A DNA stretch of 62,644 nucleotides, the filler included, from Piedraia hortae CBS 480.64 (lineage: Eukaryota): the NCBI GenBank assembly GCA_010093745.1. It is 5 parts of 5 records of this genome, joined end to end, with 100 filler letters (N's around TTAATTAATTAA, not from the genome) between each part and the next. Parts side by side here need not be neighbours in the genome. Positions count along the whole stretch, not along the records: positions 17,440 to 31,206 come from MU006070.1; positions 31,307 to 44,325 come from MU006071.1; 3 more parts are not named here. One strand, given 5' to 3'. The translations under genes were made by a program, and so were the position numbers. Shown here piece by piece: positions 22,664 to 32,499 of this stretch (position 1 is the first letter of the stretch; every line of letters starts with the position of its first letter). A model generated the notes under the pieces. That model did no database searches. It had not been told where the DNA came from and saw nothing but the letters and a program-made list of their open reading frames with translations.

Positions 22664-24632
22664 ATGCCTTGCGATCGTCCTGGTCACTACCATGAGTGGC
22701 CGCTGATTGCCGATATGGTCCTGACAGTCCAGCGCTGTGAGCGCTATTGTGGATACTGCGTGGGAAAAGAGAGTGTCAAGAAATGGAAGGAGGCCGCGTG
22801 AGTCCACCAAGGTCCTCTGGCCTTCATACTGACACCAAGTCTAGGAGGCTGCGCCGTCATGTGGAAAATGTCCATATCCGCCCTGATGGGAATGGCACGC
22901 ACCCGCATATAATCTTCAACCCGCACTGGTATGCTCCCGCCAGAGACCTTCCAGCAAACGCTGACTGGTGTCTAGGAAGGAGGGTGGAAACCCCAACAAG
23001 CCACCCAAGGGATTTCGCATAGATGGAGAGCCCCGCAAGCAGCCTGTCCGCAGCAAAGAATCGTATCAGCGGAATGTAAAGCGCGTTGAGGAAATTGAAG
23101 CCGCCTACCCGAACCCTTTCGTGCCTGCAGATTATGCGCCTGGCTCAGTTGAGGACAGAGACATCCGTGTTGTCAACTCGTCGGAGAACGAGGGCCAGTC
23201 TCAGGGCCATGTCCACGCCAATCAGGCAGTCCCGGCCACGAACAACCAAGCCCCTAATGGTTTCAGTCACAGCGGCCCTATTTACGGCGCCTCGGCTTCG
23301 CACGGCTCTCAGTACGCGCACCATCCGGCTCCCAATGGCAGTGTCAACCTTAACACCACACCTCGCCAAACTGCACCTGCGTATGTCAGCAACAATGAAG
23401 CGATGCATCATGCTGTGTTTGGGGGCTATCAGACCCTTGACAACTCAGACAAGCTGGCGCCGGTTAACCATAACCATCATGGGGCCATGCAGCCTGTTGG
23501 TTTCAACGCTACCCAGAACATGGCGTACCAGCAGAAATTGTCAAACACAATTGTCAGCCTTCCTCAAGGCCCTATGGGATACGTTTCCCCCCATCATGCT
23601 GCACCGTATGCTGACACTATGCTGGGGAATGGCAATATGATTGGAGCGACAATGAGCAACGTGCCGAATGGCATCGCCTCGTCTCTGGCTCATCCCACAT
23701 CCAACGTACAGCAGAGCAGCGACGTCTCCATACCTTACCACTCTAACATTTATTACACCAACGCAGCTAGTCAGCCAATCGGCACCATGGCTCCTCCCAC
23801 GGGTATGGGTCTCAATGGTCTTCCGCCGGGCCAGGGTTACTATAACTACGCTGGTATCTTGACACCCATCAGCGATGGTCGTTACCAAAACGGTCTCGGC
23901 GTCCTCCATAATGGATCTCAGGGGCATCAAACCCCAGGCTTCCAGGGAACTGGCTCCTCAAAGGTCATTTTTCCCCTCTCACTCACCAGCAGGGACCTCA
24001 ACATGGGATTCGATCCGACCACTCAGCAAAATTTGGCAAACTTCGGGGGGCATAGCAATGACATTCAGGACTTAACGGCTGGTCATGTCAACGGCCGCAC
24101 CCAGAATACTGCGCCGACTGGCAACATTAATGTTAATCCTGATGTCGAAGACTTTGAATTCGTCCTTGACGAGCCGACGGGCAACACTTTGTATGACCCG
24201 GATGACAATGACTTTGGCTTCGCCGACTACCGTCCGAGCAGCAACGGGACGCAGGCGCTTCCTGTTAAACAGAATAATGTTCTCGCGCAGGTTTTATATG
24301 GTAACCTTACCTCTGGGGTCAACAACGGCGTTGCCACTGCGATCAGCAACACCAACATTCCAGCTACAAACAACAACATTGCTGTCCCTCCCATCACCAC
24401 CGGGGCTAACAACAACACCAACGATCCCGACTTCATGGACCAAGTCTCCGCGGGATTCAATGCACCAACCGCCACCAACAATCAGCAGTCTTTCGCGGGC
24501 ACCAGCAACGGATATACAACCCCCAAGACCGTCGAGGCACTGTTTCGTATGTCTAACGAAGAACTCGACCAACTTCCTGAGTATCATGATACATCGTACG
24601 ACGGACTCCCTGGAGGTCCGTCTGAGACTTAG
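22664..24632 (+). CDS. Putative C2H2-like zinc-finger protein with long N/Q/G-rich low-complexity tail; introns 22799-22844 and 22929-22975; start uncertain
   Basis: Splicing two GT...CTGAC...AG introns gives YCGYCVGKESVKKWKEAARLRRHVENVH and joins in frame to the 554-aa ORF. Confidence 0.65.
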
Positions 24633-24826
24633 ATGGCGACATGAGTGTGATTGCCCATACCGGCCTAACGAAGCTTGGCGCTGCTGCGCAAGGATATAGA
24701 TGGAAAATTGGCGGACCTCCCGGAGGACCATCTCTGACTGAAATCGCGTTTTAATGGCCGTGACCGGCTTGACGAGTCGTAACGCTGCTGTCAAATGACA
24801 TTGATGATAAACTATATAAAAAGTGA

Positions 24827-24887
24827 GGGGGGGGGGGGGGCAGGGGGCAGATGTTTGCTAGGGGTGTAGGGTAGCTAGGCTGTTTGT
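24827..24887 (+). repeat. Left inverted-repeat arm (G14 run plus 47-bp G-rich unit)
   Basis: 24840-24887 is the reverse complement of 31159-31206 with one mismatch. Confidence 0.9.
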
Positions 24888-25580
24888 CCCTTTCAGAACG
24901 GGAAAGGTCGTACCGAATCACTTCGATCTCCAGTTAAGTCACACTGGACATAATGTACCTTGGCAACCTGTCGGTACAGTGCACATGGTCATATAACGGA
25001 CAATCTTATACAAATGTGTCCACACAGGTTCGATATTTTCAGGGTGACTTCTTCATAACATGTTGCGTGCCAGCGTAAGAAGCGCGCACGGTCGCTGGAA
25101 ACTGAAATCTTTATCGCTCACGAGACAAGGTTCTATAAGATACGACGCAAAACTTGGGTTTTGAATCAAGGCACTATCAGTCGAAACCCGTGCAAGTCTT
25201 ACTTGGTGCGGTTATACAAGAAAAACTCCGCATTCGGGCCGGATATGTGGTTAAAAGGGAAGATTGATGTTGCGATGCAAACTTTTTCAGTGATCTAGTT
25301 GAGCTTTATTGTTCAAATTGCAGATTCGCAGTTTGTGACTGAGGATAGTATATTCTTTGGCGCAGTCTCATTAACTATCTGAGGCAGTGAACATACATTG
25401 AAACGTTAGGTGTCGCACTTAGCGCAGCTTTTCCTTGGGCCCCAACGTACGGAACCTTCCATCAAAAGCACGGTTCAGGCTATGGTCAATGCACCACCCA
25501 TTTACTCATCGGACAAAAATCACAACCTTAAGTGAAACAATCTCCTTTCCATATCCTACGTTTCAATGCAAGGCGCCACA

Positions 25581-26274
25581 ATGTACGTGGCTCTCGTCGA
25601 TATCAATAATTGCAGTGACGGGGATCGTAAGTCTCAGAATGTTATATGCATCGCAGAATCTAACCACCGCTTCAGCGGCTAAGCGCCCGGCCATTCTGCC
25701 CAACGTCACGCGGAATGATGACTGGTGGTGCGAGCAGCTGGGCGAGATGTGGGCTGCTAGCACTGGCAGGGGCCCTCGCCCCGATGTTAAATTTCGTTTG
25801 ACCCGTCTGCCGGCTGGCTACGCCGGTTTTGATCACGTTCATGCAGGCGGTCGCACTGAGCGCGCCATTTGGGGCCATCCTCGTGGTCGCATTCGCAGCC
25901 CCAAAGCCTTTTGGCCCCATTTCAACTGGCTGCAAGACGACACGCCCTCTGGCGGAGGAGAATGCCCATGCGAACGATGCAATGGCATCAACTGGCGTGA
26001 GAAGCAAAAGCTAAGGGCCTATGCTAAGACAGCTGTCCAGAATGCAAATTTTGCTTTGCGTGCCGATCTGGATCAGCGTCTGGTGGGCGGTCAGCGCGCT
26101 GTAGGTTATCAGCGTAGTGTCGAAGGGGAGAACAACGGCGGGGAAGAGGATACGTATGTTGAAGAAGATGATGATGACGATGAAACGGACAACGAGGGGA
26201 ATGATGATGATGACGATGCTGATGATGATCCGGAGTATGAAGAGGGAGAAGGTCGGAAAGAAAACGCACTCTAA
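25581..26274 (+). CDS. Stand-alone Clr2 N-terminal (cryptic loci regulator 2, transcription-silencing) domain protein with acidic tail; intron 25627-25675
   Basis: Exon 1 MYVALVDINNCSDGD splices in frame to LTRLPAGY...R.ERAIWGHPRGRIRSPKAFWPHFNWL...CPCERC, the Clr2 N-terminal zinc-binding pattern. Confidence 0.78.
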
Positions 26275-26788
26275 ATTGTAAACACACGCTAGGATCAATT
26301 CGATACATGAAGCAGCCAAACAACCGGATCCAAACAATCAGGCAGTGACATGTACGGCTTTGCAAGCAGCCAGATCCAACCATCAGTCTGGCAGCGAATC
26401 ATCATGCCAGCATCATCCATCTGTACTTTGTAGAACTCGTGGTCGGGCAGGGCTATTGAGTTTAAGAGTCAACTAATCCAGCGATGCCGTTCAAGAACTC
26501 TAATGAGGCCGCCGAACTCCATCAGGTCGCTTATCTAAGCGACTTGTTGGAGATCGGCTATCCGCGACAGATCATGAACACTGCCCTGGCGATCGACGAC
26601 TTCATTTCCAGTCGAGCAATTCTCGCCCAGCTTAACGGTACGATCGCGGAGATCAACAAGCTGGTGTTATGGCGAGGCTGTGTGTGCGCGGGACGACCCG
26701 CGCCGCCTAAGCGCACAGAGAATTTGATACACCGACGCGCCCTGCTAGTTATTCATAGCTACGCTCGCTACCACGCGCGAATGGACAG

Positions 26789-27150
26789 TGTTGGATTCAA
26801 GCATCGCCGCTAGCGCGTATGCAGGGCACTTGCATAGCAAGTCAGCGATACCTCCTACACTACCAGCTGCACCCTAGGTTTTTCCCTCACAGAGGTTTTC
26901 CCTCAGGGTCATGTCATATGTGACATGGTGAATACGCCCCGCTAGTGTACGACGTGACGTCACCGGCCCACCGGTACAGAATTTTCATTCTGAACGTCCC
27001 CTTATAAAAATATAGTCATTCACACTACCATGCTGCAACTGGTATCTTTGACTCATATACATCTACATCTTTCCTGTCCCTGATTCCGTCTATCGCTCTG
27101 TCCTCTTCGGGTCGCTGTGCACTCTCACCCACGAGATCTAAATCTCTACA
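26789..27150 (+). mobile_element. LTR, family B (~362 bp)
   Basis: TGTTGG...CTACA; near-identical to the reverse complements of 47607-47966 and 50184-50546; no matching TSD here. Confidence 0.9.
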
Positions 27151-27510
27151 CGCACTTGCGCGCCAGGCCGGAGAGGGAGCGCTGTGCTTAACCAACTGCA
27201 GCGGTGCGCGTTGAAAAGAAGGCACAAACTGTCACGCTGCAGATTATACCATCCTTACAACTGCGTTGTGCCTTACGGAAGAGCTAACTACGCTATGGGC
27301 TGGAGTTGAGGTGTCGGGTCACGTGGCTGCGATATGGTTCCGTGACACTCCCTGATGGATATGTGACGAAATATGGAGTTGGTAATCTAGCGCAGCGTCA
27401 TATGCAATATAGCCATGGAGAGTGGTATCAAGAACAGTATCTGTGGTTATGCTCATGCATCGAGTTGTATTGTCTTATTATCTTCTGTAATGATGAAATG
27501 AGGGTTGGGA

Positions 27511-27780
27511 TGTAGTGCCACGACTGCCCCACATTCCGGCACGATCCGGACCGCATTGGTCATAACCACATCATGTGACGTGACCACGTCCTCGGGAAAC
27601 ATCCTCTGTGAGGTTAAAATCCTGAGAAGTCTAGCCATATATGCTCACGTGCTCATAGCAACGAGACTTCTTGCCAACACTCCCCAGCTGGCCGGGAAGC
27701 TCTGCGAGAGATCTATGTGAACTACTACCCCACGGGGATAGACTTGCTGGCTGGGTTGGGTGTACCTGCAACTCTACTAA
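27511..27780. mobile_element. Possible LTR remnant distantly related to family B
   Basis: Purine-rich tract before TG; shares the CATGTGAC..TGACC and CCTCTGTGAGG hairpin core with family B; right end unclear. Confidence 0.4.
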
Positions 27781-28998
27781 ACTAGCATGTCTGATGTCCT
27801 TCGGGAGGCTGCGGGTGACCGTTTGCGGCCGCTTCCGTCTTGGTGTTAAAATATAAAACAAAACAAAAAAAAGAACACTCGCACAAGAGCCAGGAAGCTA
27901 TCGTGGTCGACATCAAGCATGCAGTTGTGTGAGACAGTAAACCTTCAGTTAAAGGGGACGAACTGATAGTGCGAGTACACTAAGACATAAATGATTGTAT
28001 TGTTATGTATGCTGCATACATGAAAGGACGTTGTTCATGGTCCTCACGTGACGCATCCTTTAAATTAATCCGACAGGTTGACGAGGCAAATCATTTAATC
28101 AACGCTCACCGCTGTCACGGCCTTTTCATTGTATGCGATGAAGAGCTGTGGAGAATCTTCGGTGAGTTTTTCGGAGAATGGGATGATATTGCGTACGGTT
28201 AGGGTGACTCCTTGCACATGTTCTCCATAGGCTTCTACGGCTGCAATGTCGTCATTGGGGTTAAGGTTCCTGTCAGGGCGGGTATAGCGTTTGCTTAACA
28301 TTGCGTAATGGGGAGGCCGTCACCATTCTCGTGTATGGTGACGATGGGAGGAACCAGGGCCAGTCTTCGCGTCTTTTACGTCTTTCAGGCCTTTCCGGCC
28401 TTTGACACGCACATACTCGCCCTAAGCTTTCGAGCAGTCGAAATCGGCAGTGAACAAAGGAATAGAACTTTTTCTACTCATGTTCAGTATGCGCCCGCAG
28501 AACGGTCCTTTCAGGAAGAGGAAACCATGGTACGACAAGATAAATTTTCGGTGCTTGTTCAAATTATGACGCGCTTCATGCTATCACAATTGCCCAGCAT
28601 CACCATTTAGCTTCGTCACGCCCAACGTGCACAAAGGCCGAGACTAGAAAAAACTGCACTCGCAGCCCAGTCTTCTCCCACGGCATGGCGCAGATAGCAA
28701 TGATCTTAGTACTTCTCTCAGTCTAAATGCACTGCATACCGCTCCGACACCCCAGCATTCGAATTCAACTTCACCACGGCAGGCAAGTTTGACCTAAACC
28801 GTTTTCATTCACCAAGGCCTAACAAAACTTGCAAGGGGGTAGTGTGCACTGTTGCCATAGTTGATGTGTACACCACCCATTCCAACCACAAAATTCCAAT
28901 TACTTCACTACAAAAACAACCCATTCACCAACCCCCACTTCATATACCCCGAAACTCGCCTTCCTCTTTTGCTCCAAAAACAAATCTCTATCGCTAAA

Positions 28999-29226
28999 AT
29001 GTCCAAAACCTCCAGCAAGGTTCACTTCCTCGACGAAGGGAAACGGGATTCATCCAGTTCAAGCTCAGGATCCTGCTGCTCCAGTTGTTCAAGCTGTTTA
29101 AGCTCGGGGTCTAGATGTTCGAGATGCGAGACTGGGAGATACGAGTACAAAGCTCATAGGATTGTGGAAATTCGGCGGGATGGGCAGAGAAGGGTTACTA
29201 CTCATGTAGAGAGGAGTTGGTATTGA
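28999..29226 (+). CDS. Small Cys/Ser-rich protein (75 aa), unknown family
   Basis: MSKTSSKVHF...CCSSCSSCLSSGSRCSRCETGRYEY...RRVTTHVERSWY; protein-level conservation with the paralog at 20414-20608. Confidence 0.7.
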   Translation: MSKTSSKVHFLDEGKRDSSSSSSGSCCSSCSSCLSSGSRCSRCETGRYEYKAHRIVEIRRDGQRRVTTHVERSWY

Positions 29227-29715
29227 GGCTGGGGAGAGGGCTTGGGTTCGGGCTGCTGAGATGGAGGGGTGGGGTAGTGAAGCGATATGATTTATGCTTC
29301 GATGATGTGAGCAAAAGCAAACACAACAACGGCTACTGGTTTCATGCAACATGTATAGGTTGCACGATAGTTCGCTTGACACCAACCTGTAATTGTCTTG
29401 CATTCGTGCCTTAGTCTCTTGTTATGCTTCTCTCTCAAGTCGTCTGAAATGATGAAGACAACCGATGAGTGCATAGCTGGAGAGCATATGCTCGCCCCAT
29501 TCTTAGCTAAGACTCGTATCACTTTACGGTAGACCTCCCTTCGCTAAATCAAGGTTTGACTGTAACAGTGCAACATTCCTCACCGCAACATTAAACTTCA
29601 TTTTTGTCAATTATCTTGTTCAGGACTTAAGGGTTGTTGTATAAATATACCAAGAAAATTTGCTGGCTTTAAGCAGACAGTGCCTGGATCGAAATCCAAT
29701 CTTTTGCCAAAACCG

Positions 29716-30110
29716 TGTAGCGATAGTGTTCTTGTGGATAGGAGTGCGTAGCGGCCCGAACTAGGAGGACGTAGCGATAGACGGAGATCAACAACAGGGA
29801 CAGGAAAGATGTATGTGGGTAGGAGTCAATACCAGTGTCGATATGGCAGTGTGAATGACTATGTGTGTGTCTGTAACTCTATGATGGAACGTCTGCATAA
29901 GTATTTTGTACCGGTGACGTCACATCATGATATGAGTCATCTATGACTCACCAGTGGCAGGATGTATTCGCCATGTCACATCTGACATGACCCTGAGGGA
30001 AGACCTCTGTGAGGGAAAAACCTAGGGCGCAGCCGGTAGTGTAGGGGTTATAGCTGACTTGCTGTGCAAGTGTCCCGCATACGCGCTAGCGGCGATGCTT
30101 GACTCCAACA
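29716..30110 (-). mobile_element. Diverged solo LTR, family B
   Basis: TGTAG...CCAACA, collinear with family B; flanks AACCG/AATCA may be a decayed TSD. Confidence 0.85.
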
Positions 30111-30145
30111 AATCAAATCTCTTGTGTCATGAAAATTCATCTCAC

Positions 30146-30655
30146 TGTTCTAATAAACAGCGGCACCTCACAGGTGTGTCCGTATATACGCGTATCTAGA
30201 GCTACACAAGAAGATTTCCGAGTACTCGAACCCTGGTCAAGGATGTTGGATTCAAGCATCGCCGCTAGCGCGTATGCGTGGTGCTTGCTTAGCAAGTCAG
30301 CGATACCTCCTACACTTCCAGCTGCACCCTAGATTCTTTCCTTCACAGAGTTATTCTCTCAGGGTCATGTCATATGTGACATGGCGAATGCTCCCTGATA
30401 GTGTACGACGTGACGTCACCGGCCCACCGATACAGAATTTTCATTTGAACGTCCCCTCATTTGAGATAGAGAGTCATTCAAAATGTCATATCGACACTGG
30501 TATTGACTCATATCCATCTGCATCTGTCCTGTCCCTGTTTCCGTCTATCGCTTTGTCCTCTTCGGGCCGCTGCACACTCTCATCCACGGGAGCCCAATCG
30601 CTACAAGGGATGTGGGTCATCACCTGCGGATCGCTCCGCAGCGACTTGCACAACA
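30146..30655 (-). mobile_element. Solo LTR, family C, interrupted by a family B LTR
   Basis: The two halves match the reverse complement of 59026-59157; flanks CTCAC/CCCAC (TSD with one mismatch). Confidence 0.88.
30244..30605 (+). mobile_element. Solo LTR, family B, nested in the family C LTR
   Basis: TGTTGG...CTACA flanked by AAGGA/AGGGA; the uninterrupted family C copy has a single AGGGA at this site. Confidence 0.9.
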
Positions 30656-31158
30656 CCCACTATTATTGAATCTTTTTCCAATGGCTCAGTAAGGCTCATA
30701 GATATATCACTCACTAAGCTTCCACCATGATGTATCCCTCATGTCATAACTAATCTTGGATGAAAAAATCATGCATAAGCAGCGCGTGGTAAACGATCAT
30801 TTGTACTTGCCAGACGTGTTAAGAAACAGTTCACTTGAGAACATGAATATGTAGCCTAACTCTAGAACGAAATGATATCAGTCGACCAACTCCGTTCTCA
30901 ACTTAGTCAAAGTCGACGATATACTCGCGTACGGCGTCTTAAGTTATCGTTCAGGCAGTGAAAAACGCCGTCCTGTCGTCTTCACACCCATTCTGCCTCA
31001 AAGACAATCACATAGCCAGTCCTCACAAATAACAGCAAGGTGATACAATACTTCAAAGACGACGCCTCCACGCTGCAAAGCGACAAACATAGGATGTACA
31101 TAACACATCAACAGGCAAAACAATATCACCACGGCGGCCCGAAGATTGGCGAAAAATA

Positions 31159-31206
31159 ACAGACAGCCTAGCTACCCTACACCCCTAGCAAACATCTGCC
31201 CCCTGC
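31159..31206 (-). repeat. Right inverted-repeat arm, at contig end
   Basis: Reverse complement equals 24840-24887 at 47 of 48 positions. Confidence 0.9.
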
Positions 31207-31306
31207 NNNNNNNNNNNNNNNNNNNNNNNNNNNNNNNNNNNNNNNNNNNNTTAATTAATTAANNNNNNNNNNNNNNNNNNNNNNNNNNNNNNNNNNNNNN
31301 NNNNNN
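31207..31306. other. Artificial contig linker
   Basis: N + TTAATTAATTAA + N. Confidence 0.99.
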
Positions 31307-31460
31307 CGACGAGTCGGGCGACATCAGGGTCACGCTTCGAGTCCAGCACAGCCAGAAGGAGCTCTTCCAAGCGGCCCGCATCCGCGCCGGAGGGGACGAC
31401 GGCAAGCCGGCAGCGACCCAATTTACGATGACCGTTGGGCTGCTCAGCATCTTTCCGCAT
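31307..31460 (-). CDS. Bacterial hypothetical protein, 5' part (truncated by contig end)
   Basis: ATG at 31458-31460 with upstream GGAT; divergent from the HTH gene. Confidence 0.5.
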
Positions 31461-31501
31461 CTTACATCCAAAACGGACGGAACTTGTTCGTTAAAAGAGG
31501 G

Positions 31502-31532
31502 TTGACACCTCCCGTCTATACCGCCGTATAGT
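31502..31532 (+). promoter_or_regulatory. Sigma70-like promoter with overlapping palindromic operator
   Basis: TTGACA (31502-31507), 19 nt, TATAGT (31527-31532); inverted repeat CTATAC-cgcc-GTATAG at 31516-31531. Confidence 0.5.
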
Positions 31533-31560
31533 CGTCCGCGACACCCTGGGGGGTTGTGAC

Positions 31561-32037
31561 ATGCGGGATCTGGAACAGACAGACGTGCAGCGAACGGAGC
31601 GGCTTGACCGCTACCGGAAACTTATCGTCGAGGCTTGGCGGCGCCAACGCATCCCGAACAAGGAGATGGCGTCGCGCATTGGACGCAGCCTCAGCCTCAC
31701 CAACAAACTGAAAGCCGGGACCACGCCCCTGACGGGTCCGATCATCGATCAATTTGTTGAAGCGCTGGGCATCGATCCGGTCCGCGCCATGTTCGCAGTG
31801 GACATCGCCTACTCGCACATGAGCTACTTCGACCCGAAGTTCCATTCGGCCTGCACGACCGCCATCACCTTCTTCGACCAGATCATGGTCCAGTGCGGCT
31901 ACGGGAAGGGCATCGCCGATCTCGCGGCCGCCGAGGACCTGACGGCCGAACGCGTCGAGGCGACCGCTCGCGCTGCAGCAGCCTCACTCGCCACCGCCTT
32001 TGTCCAGAGCCACTTCCCCGGCCAGGGCGTCTCCTGA
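31561..32037 (+). CDS. XRE-like helix-turn-helix protein
   Basis: IPNKEMASRIGRSLSLTNKLKAG..PL....IDQFVEALGIDP pattern. Confidence 0.7.
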   Translation: MRDLEQTDVQRTERLDRYRKLIVEAWRRQRIPNKEMASRIGRSLSLTNKLKAGTTPLTGPIIDQFVEALGIDPVRAMFAVDIAYSHMSYFDPKFHSACTTAITFFDQIMVQCGYGKGIADLAAAEDLTAERVEATARAAAASLATAFVQSHFPGQGVS

Positions 32038-32081
32038 CGAGACTGGAATCGACTTAGCCCGGCGAGTCGCTACAACGGGCC

Positions 32082-32372
32082 ATGACGAAGACCCGAAAAC
32101 GAGAGGTGCTCAAGCCGAGCACCGCGTCGATGCGACGCAAGAAACAGCGTGAGTACGATGCCGGCTACCGGCGTTCGACCGTGGCGCTATCCCCCACATC
32201 GCTGGACGTTGTTGAGCGGATCAAGGGTAACTTCGGGCTTCCGTCTCGCGAGGCTACCATCAACGCCGTCTTCGAGCTGATCAACAGCGACATGTTCCTG
32301 TGGGCCGAGTTCATGTCGCCGCGCCACGCCCCAAAGCCAGAGCCGGTTGGGGAGAGTGATCCGGGGCAATAG
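32082..32372 (+). CDS. Small DNA-binding protein, ribbon-helix-helix-like
   Basis: Basic N-terminus, then RSTVALSPTSLDVVERIKGNFGLPSREATINAVF (strand-helix-helix). Confidence 0.6.
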   Translation: MTKTRKREVLKPSTASMRRKKQREYDAGYRRSTVALSPTSLDVVERIKGNFGLPSREATINAVFELINSDMFLWAEFMSPRHAPKPEPVGESDPGQ

Positions 32373-32412
32373 TAGGGCGGCGACCGTTGCGCCTACCGCC
32401 GCCTTTCAGACT

Positions 32413-32452
32413 GCACTGCAAGGCGCATTGCACTTCGCATTACAGTGGCACT
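32413..32452. repeat. GCAYTRCA direct repeats with 12-bp period
   Basis: GCACTGCA 32413, GCATTGCA 32425, GCATTACA 32437, partial GCACT 32448. Confidence 0.55.
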
Positions 32453-32499
32453 TGGGATCGGAGATTGCGCGCGGCCGCGCCAGCGCGCAGGTTCATCCC

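Noticed and set aside
26484..26813. 109-aa ORF inside the inverted-repeat-bounded segment, considered as a transposase
   Set aside because: No DDE or other motif recognised, and its end is supplied by the adjacent LTR.
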